Below are positions 1 to 6,701 of a stretch of DNA of 13,491 bases, in pieces. The position numbers and the translations under genes are program-made. The notes beneath the pieces are model-generated. The model ran no database searches and was not told the origin of the DNA. It worked only from the letters and a program-made list of their open reading frames with translations. This DNA comes from Archangium sp. (GTDB lineage Bacteria; Myxococcota; Myxococcia; Myxococcales; Myxococcaceae), in the NCBI GenBank assembly GCA_031367385.1, contig JANLPS010000383.1:1-13491 (forward strand). The letters run 5' to 3'. Each line of letters begins with the position of its first letter. Within the stretch, counting starts at the first letter, position 1.

Positions 1-1
1 C

Positions 2-808
2 AAGATGCTCGAGTACCTCCGCCAGACGCCCAACGTGCGTGACGTGGTGGTCTCCGGTGGCGACGTGGCCAACGTGCCCATCGGCCAGCTGGAGAGCTTC
101 GTCAGCCAGCTCCTCGACATTCCCAACATTCGAGACATTCGGCTCGCCTCGAAGGGGCTGATGGGCATACCCCAGCACTTTCTGCAAGACACGGTGATGT
201 CGGCGCTCGAGCGGTTGGCGAAGAAGGCCATCGAGCGCAACGTCGACCTGGCGTTGCACACCCACGTCAACAACGCGAACCAGGTGACGCCGCTGCTGGG
301 CCGCGCCGCGAAGAAGCTGCTCGAGATCGGCTTTCGCGACGTGCGCACCCAGGGCGTGCTGCTGCGCGGAGTCAACGCGACCTCGAAAGACCTGCTCGAG
401 CTCTCGTTCATGCTGCTCGATCACGCCAAGATCCTGCCGTACTACTTTTACATGTGCGACATGATCCCCAACTCCGAGCACTGGCGGGTCGCGGTGTTCG
501 AGGCGCAGCAGCTGCAGCACGACATCATGGGGTACATGCCGGGCTTCGCCACGCCGCGCATCGTGTGTGACGTGCCGTACGTCGGTAAACGCTGGGTGCA
601 CCAGATCGCCGAATACGACCGCGAAAAGGGCATCTCGTACTGGACGAAGAATTACCTCAACGGCATCGAGTGGAAGGACCCCGACGCGCTCAAGCGCAAG
701 TACGAGTTCTTCGACCCCGTGTACACGCTGCCCGAGTCGGGTCAGCAGTATTGGCGCGAGCAGATGTTGCAAAAGGCGCCTGAGCCTTCACACCCGGTTC
801 ACGCCTAA
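2..808 (+). CDS. KamA-family radical SAM/PLP 2,3-aminomutase, divergent paralog (5'-partial)
   Basis: The frame is open from the window edge. Motifs VRDVVVSGGD, IRDIRLASK, THVNNANQVT, QGVLLRGVN, PYYFYMCD...EHWR and GYMPGFATPRIVCDVPYVGK line up with the C-terminal two-thirds of lysine 2,3-aminomutase. The CxxxCxxC motif would lie upstream of the window. Confidence 0.9.
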   Translation, partial: KMLEYLRQTPNVRDVVVSGGDVANVPIGQLESFVSQLLDIPNIRDIRLASKGLMGIPQHFLQDTVMSALERLAKKAIERNVDLALHTHVNNANQVTPLLGRAAKKLLEIGFRDVRTQGVLLRGVNATSKDLLELSFMLLDHAKILPYYFYMCDMIPNSEHWRVAVFEAQQLQHDIMGYMPGFATPRIVCDVPYVGKRWVHQIAEYDREKGISYWTKNYLNGIEWKDPDALKRKYEFFDPVYTLPESGQQYWREQMLQKAPEPSHPVHA

Positions 809-1978
809 GTGACTGCCGCGCCTTTCATCTCACGGCGAACCCAGCTCTTTCCCACCGCGACTGACGCGGAGTGGAATGACTGGCGCTGGCAGATGCGCCA
901 CTCGGTGCGAGACGCGGCGGGGCTCGCGAAGGTGATGACCCTCACCGCCGATGAGCGCGAAGGCCTCGAGCGAACCGCGCACCTCTTTCGCATCGGCATC
1001 TCGCCGTACTATCTGTCGCTGATCGACCCCGAGCACCCGTTCTGCCCGGTGCGCATGCAGGCGATACCGGTGGCGGCCGAGGGGCGCATTCGCCCGGGTG
1101 AGCTGCGCGACCCGCTGGGTGAAGACCCGAACCGGCCCGTCGAGGCGATCGTTCACAAGTACCCAGATCGCGTGCTGTTTTTGGCGCTCGATACCTGTTC
1201 GGTCTACTGCCGGCACTGCACCCGCAGGCGCATCACCGCGGGCGGCGAGGCCGAGCTCAACAAGACCGAGATCGAGAAGGGCCTCGACTACATTCGGGCG
1301 CACCGCGAAGTGCGCGACGTGCTGATCAGCGGCGGAGACCCGTTTCTGCTCAGCGAAGAGCGCCTCGAGCAGATTCTGAAGCCCCTGCGCGCCATGGAGC
1401 ACGTCGAGATGATTCGCATCGGCACCCGGGTGCCGGTGTGCCTGCCTCAGCGGGTGACCGAGCCGTTGGCGAAGCTGCTGCGAAAGTACGCGCCGCTGTT
1501 CGTGGTGACGCACTTCAACCACCCCAAAGAGATCACCGCCGACGCCCGCCGGGCCTGCGAGCTGCTGGTCGACCATGGCGTGCCAGTCGAAAACCAGGCG
1601 GTGCTGATGCGCCGCCTCAACTCGAATTCGCGCATCATCAAAGAGCTCTCGCACCAGTGCCTCAAGATGCGGGTGCGCCCCTATTACCTCCACCAGATGG
1701 ACGTGGCGGAGGGCTGCGAGCACCTGCGCACTCCGATTCAGACTGGCATCGACATCTTGAATGACCTGCGCGGGCACACCACCGGGTTGGCGGTGCCGCA
1801 CCTGGCGGTCGATTTGCCGGGGGGCGGGGGCAAGGTCACCCTGCAGCCCGAATACGTGCTCGAGCGCGGTGAGAAAGAGACCGTGTTTCGCAACTTCAAG
1901 GGGCAGCGGTACGTGTACCCCGAGCCAGAAGAGACCGACGTGTCGTGCCCGTACGACGACGTGTGGGCTACTCGGTAG
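809..1978 (+). CDS. kamA: Lysine 2,3-aminomutase-like radical SAM enzyme (KamA family)
   Basis: WNDWRWQ N-terminus, HKYPDRVL, CSVYCRHCTRRR (CxxxCxxC plus substrate Arg), DVLISGGDP, RIGTR, THFNHPKEIT, PYYLHQMD, and DLPGGGGK (PLP lysine). The GTG start directly follows the TAA of the upstream gene. Confidence 0.92.
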   Translation: MTAAPFISRRTQLFPTATDAEWNDWRWQMRHSVRDAAGLAKVMTLTADEREGLERTAHLFRIGISPYYLSLIDPEHPFCPVRMQAIPVAAEGRIRPGELRDPLGEDPNRPVEAIVHKYPDRVLFLALDTCSVYCRHCTRRRITAGGEAELNKTEIEKGLDYIRAHREVRDVLISGGDPFLLSEERLEQILKPLRAMEHVEMIRIGTRVPVCLPQRVTEPLAKLLRKYAPLFVVTHFNHPKEITADARRACELLVDHGVPVENQAVLMRRLNSNSRIIKELSHQCLKMRVRPYYLHQMDVAEGCEHLRTPIQTGIDILNDLRGHTTGLAVPHLAVDLPGGGGKVTLQPEYVLERGEKETVFRNFKGQRYVYPEPEETDVSCPYDDVWATR

Positions 1979-2525
1979 ACTTCTTCTTTTTCTTCTTCTT
2001 CTCGACCGGCGGCGCCTTGGTCTTGCCCACTTTCTTGGGCGCCGAGATCGCTGGTGATGCCTTGCCGGGGCGATTCTTTTCGCTGAGCGGAGCGTCGAGG
2101 CCGTCGATCTCGGCCGCCTCGGCCTTGTCGGTGTCGGGGTCGGTGGGGGGTTGTTCGCCGCGCTCGATCTTGACCTCAGGAGGCGGCAGGTCGGCCTGCG
2201 CGCTCGCTGCGGTCGCGGCTTCTTTTCTCTTCGCGGCCAGCGCCTTCACGTCGCGCTGCTCTTCGGCGTATTCGCCACGCTGCTTCTTGAGGGCGTTGCG
2301 CGACCACTCTTTGGCGTTGGTGCCGTGCTTCTCGAGCACCTGCGCGTCGGCCTCGGCTTGATCGTGAATCTTGGCGCGGGTCTCTGCTGCGGTGAGCTCG
2401 GAAGGCTTCTTGTGCCCGTACTTCGCGTCGATGGCCCGCTGGGCTTCGGCTTGCTCGAGCTCGATGTGAGCCGATTCGTCAATCGACGGCGCGGCGTTGA
2501 GCAGCAACAGCGTGAGCACCAGCAT
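1968..2525 (-). CDS. Hypothetical exported protein with Pro/Lys-rich low-complexity C-terminus
   Basis: ATG at 2525 gives a short hydrophobic leader (MLVLTLLLLNAAP), a charged helical core and a tail ending EKKKKKKKSTE. Codon usage is coding-like. It overlaps the kamA 3' end by 11 bp (convergent). Confidence 0.7.
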   Translation of the reverse strand: MLVLTLLLLNAAPSIDESAHIELEQAEAQRAIDAKYGHKKPSELTAAETRAKIHDQAEADAQVLEKHGTNAKEWSRNALKKQRGEYAEEQRDVKALAAKRKEAATAASAQADLPPPEVKIERGEQPPTDPDTDKAEAAEIDGLDAPLSEKNRPGKASPAISAPKKVGKTKAPPVEKKKKKKKSTE

Positions 2526-2535
2526 GGCTGCTGTT

Positions 2536-3054
2536 TTACGACTGTGTGAGCTTGGCGACCAGCGCCCCGAGGGCACGATAGGCGCTTAGATTCTTTCGGT
2601 TCTGCGCGCTGGCGTCGCTCTCGAGGCCGAGCTTCTGGCGCGGGCCCAGGTCTGTTTCGGTATGGCGGTCGGGCAGAAACGCGTCGGTGACGGTCTCTCG
2701 AATCGATGGAGCCATCGCGATCCACCCGCTCTCCGGCGTGCGGCTCCCCTGGGGGATGATCTTGCTCAGCGTCGCGTAGATGTCGGTGATGGCTTTCGTC
2801 GCGAAGCTCGAGAGGGCTTTGTTGCTTCGGCCGCCGGCATCGAGGTCGATGACCGCGGCCTTGGCGCGGCCGATCAGCACGCTGGCCTCTGCAGGCGAAA
2901 CCGAGCGGCCCCAGGCGCTGGTACTGACCTGCTCGGCATCGGCAACCGCCGAATTGAACGACGAAATCGCCTTGAACATCGAGTCTCTCGCCCCAGCGGT
3001 TGCAGCCGCGTCATTCGGAGTGAGGACGGGTGGTTTGGCTGTAACTTTGTGCAA
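2536..3054 (-). CDS. Hypothetical protein (172 aa)
   Basis: Fills the gap between two minus-strand genes. The TTG start is preceded by an SD-like AGGGG. Amphipathic helical composition; no family recognised. Confidence 0.55.
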   Translation of the reverse strand: MHKVTAKPPVLTPNDAAATAGARDSMFKAISSFNSAVADAEQVSTSAWGRSVSPAEASVLIGRAKAAVIDLDAGGRSNKALSSFATKAITDIYATLSKIIPQGSRTPESGWIAMAPSIRETVTDAFLPDRHTETDLGPRQKLGLESDASAQNRKNLSAYRALGALVAKLTQS

Positions 3055-3075
3055 GGCAAGGAACCCCTAACACCG

Positions 3076-3092
3076 CGTCACACAACCGTCAC
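3076..3092. promoter_or_regulatory. Direct repeat CGTCAC-N5-CGTCAC (11-bp period), possible response-regulator box
   Basis: CGTCAC at 3076-3081 and 3087-3092 in a 48-bp intergenic gap; flanked by the inverted pair ACCCCT (3063-3068) / AGGGGT (3094-3099). Confidence 0.3.
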
Positions 3093-3102
3093 GAGGGGTC
3101 GG

Positions 3103-3420
3103 CTATTTTCCTGAACAATTGGCGCAGGCCTCGTTGAACTTGGCGCAGTCTTCTTGAGAGGTGACGCACTTTTGCTGAAAATCAGTGCGATCTGTCGCTT
3201 TTGAGGACATTTCGCACACGCTGCCTGAGACCGCGCAGACCTTCTTCTTCGCTGCGCAGGTGTCGGAGCACGAGAGGTCGGTCTTGGTTCGGTACTCCTC
3301 GAGAATCGACGAGTACTGGTCCATCTGGGCGTCATCGCTGCCGGCCACCGTGGTGGTGACGTTTTTGGGGCAGGCGGTGAGGGCCAGGCAGGCGAACAGG
3401 GCGAGCGTGAATCGAATCAT
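3103..3420 (-). CDS. Cysteine-rich lipoprotein
   Basis: ATG at 3420 gives the signal peptide MIRFTLALFACLALTA-C with lipobox LTAC. Eight further Cys lie in the C-terminal half. Confidence 0.82.
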   Translation of the reverse strand: MIRFTLALFACLALTACPKNVTTTVAGSDDAQMDQYSSILEEYRTKTDLSCSDTCAAKKKVCAVSGSVCEMSSKATDRTDFQQKCVTSQEDCAKFNEACANCSGK

Positions 3421-3467
3421 CGCTCGCGTGTAACTGCGCGCCGCCAGGCCCACAAGGCCGGAGGTGG

Positions 3468-3983
3468 TTACTTGGGCATGATCACCGAGTCGATGACGTG
3501 AATCACGCCGTTCGACGCGACGATGTCGGTCTTGGTGACATTGGCGCCGTCGACCATCACCTTGCCGCCCTTGAGGCCGAGGGTGAGCTCGTGGCCTTCG
3601 ACGGTCTTCACCTTCGAGCCGTCTTTCATCTTCATCACGTCGGCCGCCATCACCTTGCCCGAGACCACGTGGTAGGTCAGCACCGCGGCGAGCTTCTTCT
3701 TGTCGGCGAGCAACGCGTCGAGGTCTTTCTTCGGCACCTTGGCGAAGGCCTCGTCGGTCGGCGCGAACACCGTGAACGGGCCAGGGCCCTTGAGCGTGTC
3801 AATCAAGCCCGCTTGGGTCAGCGCGGTCGCGAGCGTCTTGAAGCTGCCAGCGGCGACGGCGGTATCGACGATGTCTTTCGCCTGCGCCATTTCGGCCTTC
3901 GCCGGAGCGGCCTTCATCATCTTGTCTTCTGCGAATGCGGAGAGCGAGGCCAGCGAGAGTGCGGCGATGATCAGTGATTTCAT
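3468..3983 (-). CDS. Secreted fasciclin (FAS1) domain protein
   Basis: Signal peptide [21 protein letters not shown]1 motifs [26 protein letters not shown] and [21 protein letters not shown] at 3983 has AAAGG upstream. Confidence 0.95.
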   Translation of the reverse strand: MKSLIIAALSLASLSAFAEDKMMKAAPAKAEMAQAKDIVDTAVAAGSFKTLATALTQAGLIDTLKGPGPFTVFAPTDEAFAKVPKKDLDALLADKKKLAAVLTYHVVSGKVMAADVMKMKDGSKVKTVEGHELTLGLKGGKVMVDGANVTKTDIVASNGVIHVIDSVIMPK

Positions 3984-4019
3984 TGAGGTGTGCCTTTGAC
4001 TGCGAGGTTGAGCCCCAAT

Positions 4020-4045
4020 GACGGGTGAGCCGTGACTGTGTTTCA
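4020..4045 (-). promoter_or_regulatory. ECF sigma-type promoter TGAAAC-N16-CGTC upstream of the fasciclin gene
   Basis: On the minus strand: TGAAAC (4045-4040), a 16-nt spacer, then CGTC (4023-4020), 36 nt before the ATG. This fits the AAC/CGT architecture common to many ECF promoters. Confidence 0.6.
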
Positions 4046-4058
4046 ACAAATCAACGCG

Positions 4059-4544
4059 TCACTTGGTGATGGGCCTCACGTGGGGCTCTGGCGGCCTGTG
4101 CTCTTTGGGCCCGTAGGTGTCGCGCCAATAAAAGTACCCGGCGACCGCGAGCACCGTGACGATGGCGATTCGCCGAAGCCAATTCTCTCTCGCCCGGGCA
4201 GGTGACGCCTCGGCTTCTTGCTCGGCTTTGATCAAGGCCTGTTGAATCGCCTCGCGATGAAGCGTCAGCGCCGACACCGAAGGGCTCGGAGCCTCGGTGA
4301 AGGCCTTGGCGGCCCGCAGCTCCTCGTCGAGCGGCAAGGGGCCGGGTTCGGGCAAGCGCTGCAACGCCGCGTCGAACGAGCGCCCGGCCTTGAACACCAG
4401 CAGATCAGCGAGGTCGGGCTCGAGGCCGTACAGCTCGGAGAATTGCTCGCGCGACCGCACCTCGACGTAGCGCCGCAGCAGCACCTGCATCAACCGTGGA
4501 GCCATTCTCTGCAGACCCCGGTGCAGCGTCTCCACGTCATTCAC
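4059..4544 (-). CDS. Membrane-anchored hypothetical protein with N-terminal sigma70 region-4-like HTH
   Basis: Residues ~5-60 (LHRGLQRMAPRLMQVLLRRYVEVRSREQFSELYGL...VFKAGRSF) align by eye, without gaps, to the ECF sigma4 pattern. A single TM segment (IAIVTVLAVAGYFYW) follows RARENWLRR. Confidence 0.7.
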   Translation of the reverse strand: MNDVETLHRGLQRMAPRLMQVLLRRYVEVRSREQFSELYGLEPDLADLLVFKAGRSFDAALQRLPEPGPLPLDEELRAAKAFTEAPSPSVSALTLHREAIQQALIKAEQEAEASPARARENWLRRIAIVTVLAVAGYFYWRDTYGPKEHRPPEPHVRPITK

Positions 4545-4565
4545 GCGTCGGAGCCTGCCAATTTC

Positions 4566-4593
4566 TTGAACCTTGGGCCACTGTTCATACAGT
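4566..4593 (+). promoter_or_regulatory. Sigma70-type promoter, probably leaderless (TTGAAC-N16-TACAGT-N7-ATG)
   Basis: TTGAAC at 4566-4571, TACAGT at 4588-4593 and ATG at 4601; no SD sequence. Confidence 0.5.
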
Positions 4594-4600
4594 GCACGAC

Positions 4601-5674
4601 ATGGTGCGACTGCTCTGCTGCGCGTTGCTCGCTTCGTCGACCGCGCTCGCGGCCGAAACCATGCGCATCGCGGTGCAGCAAGACACGGCGATGGCCACGC
4701 TCGAAGGTGAAGGCCTGGTGTACGGCGAAGACCTCGATGACGCCCCGATGACTGCGTTCAACAAGAACACAGTGGTGGTGACCCTCTCGAAGGGGCACGT
4801 ACTGCTCGATGGGTTGCCGCTCGAGCTCGAGAGCGTTCGGCTGCGCGCGGGAGAAGAAGACGCGAGCATCTCGGTGAACGGCATCAGGGTGCGCGGTGAC
4901 GTGGTGGTCGTGCCTGGCATCAGCGGCGTGACCATCGTCAACGTGCTGCCCCTCGAAGAATACCTCGCGGGTGTGCTCGGCAGCGAGATGCCCAAGTCCT
5001 TTCCTGTCGAGGCGCTCAAGGCGCAGGCGGTGGCCGCGCGAACCTATGCGCTCAACAAGAAGCTCGAGCAGTACGGCCAGCCATTTCACCTGGGCAGCGG
5101 CGTCATCAGCCAGGTCTACAAAGGCCTCGCCGTCGAAGACCCGCGCACCCACGAAGCGGTGGCGGCGACCCGGGGCCTGGTGCTCACCTGGCAGCTGCAA
5201 CCCATCGAGGCCTACTTTCACGCCTCATGCGGAGGCCACACCGAGTCGGGCCTCGATGCGCTCAACCGCGACTTGCCGTACTTGAAGTCGGTCTCGTGCC
5301 CGTGTGCGGCGCTCCCGAGTACGACGTGGTCGCTCAACGTGAGCCAGAAAGAGCTGGGTGCGCTCTCGAGTGGCAAACCGTCGCTGCAGGTGCAGGGCCG
5401 CTCGGCGACGGGTCGGGTCAAGCGCGTGCAGGTGGGCTCACGCAGCGTCGACGCGGTGCTCTTTCGCGAGCGCCTCGGCTACACCAAGCTCAAATCGCTC
5501 GACTTCGAGGTCGCCAAGGCCAGCAAAGAGGGCTGGGTGCTCGAGGGTCACGGTTTCGGCCACGGCGCGGGCTTGTGCCAGTGGGGCGCGCAGGTATTGG
5601 CGACCAAGGGCTGGTCGTTCGAAAAGATTCTCGAGCACTATTACCCGGGCACCGAGCTGCAGACGCTTTACTGA
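4601..5674 (+). CDS. SpoIID/LytB-domain lytic transglycosylase, exported
   Basis: Signal peptide MVRLLCCALLASSTALA. Motifs VNVLPLEEYLAGVLGSEM (catalytic Glu), EALKAQAVAARTYA, SQVYKG, YFHASCGGHTE, PYLKSV and GFGHGAGLCQWGA...ILEHYYPG. Confidence 0.95.
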   Translation: MVRLLCCALLASSTALAAETMRIAVQQDTAMATLEGEGLVYGEDLDDAPMTAFNKNTVVVTLSKGHVLLDGLPLELESVRLRAGEEDASISVNGIRVRGDVVVVPGISGVTIVNVLPLEEYLAGVLGSEMPKSFPVEALKAQAVAARTYALNKKLEQYGQPFHLGSGVISQVYKGLAVEDPRTHEAVAATRGLVLTWQLQPIEAYFHASCGGHTESGLDALNRDLPYLKSVSCPCAALPSTTWSLNVSQKELGALSSGKPSLQVQGRSATGRVKRVQVGSRSVDAVLFRERLGYTKLKSLDFEVAKASKEGWVLEGHGFGHGAGLCQWGAQVLATKGWSFEKILEHYYPGTELQTLY

Positions 5675-6651
5675 GCGGCGGCGCGCAGCTTGAAGTACTC
5701 GCGCAGCTCGAGCTCGCCCGAGCGGGCCTGTTTTCGAAGCTCAGCCAGCCCCGTGGTCTTCGGTGCCGGGTGCGTCGCGTCGTAGAGGTTCAGGGCCACT
5801 CCGCGATAATCGACGGCGAGCAACAGCCCGATGCTGATCAGCCCCGCGACCAGCCAGGGCCCGATGATTCTCGCAGGGGGCCGCTGCGTCGGTTCGAGCT
5901 CTGAGATGACGCCTGCAGGCAAGACGCTGCGCGCTCGCCACAACCCATAGAGCCCCAGGTTGCCGATCGCCCACAGCGCGAGGGGCCCGTACCAGGGCAC
6001 CTCGGCTTCAGACTCGGGGATGCCCACGGTGAGGAAATACGCGGCGGAGGAGACCGCGTTGTTCGCCGCGTGCGCGAAGACGCCGGGCCAGATCGACCCG
6101 GTTCGCCAGGCGAGAATGCCGAAGATCGCGCCGAGCTCGAGGCGGGCCAAGAAGCCGACCGGGTCTAAGTGAAAGAAGCTGAAGATGAACGCGCTGATGA
6201 AGATGCCGCGCGCGGCTCCCATGGCGGTGGTGAGCCTTGGCTGAAAGATGCCGCGAAAAAAAAGCTCTTCGCAGAAGGGTGCCGCGAGGCACACGCCCGC
6301 GATGATCAGCGCCATCTCGACTGGTGTCTGGTTCTTGAAAATGGCCGAGCCATCGAAGAGCTCGACAATCGACTTGGGAAAGAGGTGCTCGGCCAGCGAC
6401 ATCAACGGCACCGCCCAGGCGACGTAGTTCACCGTGCCGACGACGAAGCCGAAGAGCGCGATCTTCCAGGTCAAACCGGTGAGCGGCACCGGCGGCCTGC
6501 CCCGAAGCTGCAGCGCGACCCAGGGTATGCCGAGGAAGACGAAGATCTCTCCGAACCAGAGCCCGAAGCCCAGGTTGAGCAGCTGCGCGGTCGCCCCGAG
6601 CGTGAAAAACCCGAGCAGCACCATCAGCAGCAACCACAGCGATTCGAGCAC
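5668..6651 (-). CDS. CPBP (CAAX/Abi) family intramembrane glutamic endopeptidase
   Basis: Polytopic hydrophobic protein with the three CPBP motifs EELFFRG, FSFFH and HAANN. It has a 7-bp convergent overlap with the SpoIID gene. Confidence 0.92.
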   Translation of the reverse strand: MLESLWLLLMVLLGFFTLGATAQLLNLGFGLWFGEIFVFLGIPWVALQLRGRPPVPLTGLTWKIALFGFVVGTVNYVAWAVPLMSLAEHLFPKSIVELFDGSAIFKNQTPVEMALIIAGVCLAAPFCEELFFRGIFQPRLTTAMGAARGIFISAFIFSFFHLDPVGFLARLELGAIFGILAWRTGSIWPGVFAHAANNAVSSAAYFLTVGIPESEAEVPWYGPLALWAIGNLGLYGLWRARSVLPAGVISELEPTQRPPARIIGPWLVAGLISIGLLLAVDYRGVALNLYDATHPAPKTTGLAELRKQARSGELELREYFKLRAAAQ

Positions 6652-6658
6652 GAGAGCA

Positions 6659-6664
6659 ATCCTA
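6659..6664 (-). promoter_or_regulatory. -10 box TAGGAT 7 nt before the GTG start (leaderless candidate)
   Basis: Minus strand reads TAGGAT-tgctctc-GTG; no SD sequence. Confidence 0.4.
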
Positions 6665-6701
6665 CACGCCTGGGGTGTGCGTTGCTGTAAGGTCCGCCGC
6701 C

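Noticed and set aside
830..1801. 323-aa antisense ORF, and similar shadows at 4541-5221, 6624-7387, 11255-12100 and 12500-13300
   Set aside because: These are shadow frames of well-supported genes in GC-rich DNA, with no recognisable domains.
4601..5674. Endospore-formation role for the SpoIID-domain gene
   Set aside because: SpoIID/LytB domains are widespread outside Bacillota, and spoIIM/spoIIP are absent here. I treat it as a general peptidoglycan enzyme.
5668..6651. Abortive-infection or bacteriocin-immunity role for the 'Abi' protease
   Set aside because: The Abi name for the CPBP family is historical and does not imply phage defence, and no bacteriocin precursor or transporter is nearby.
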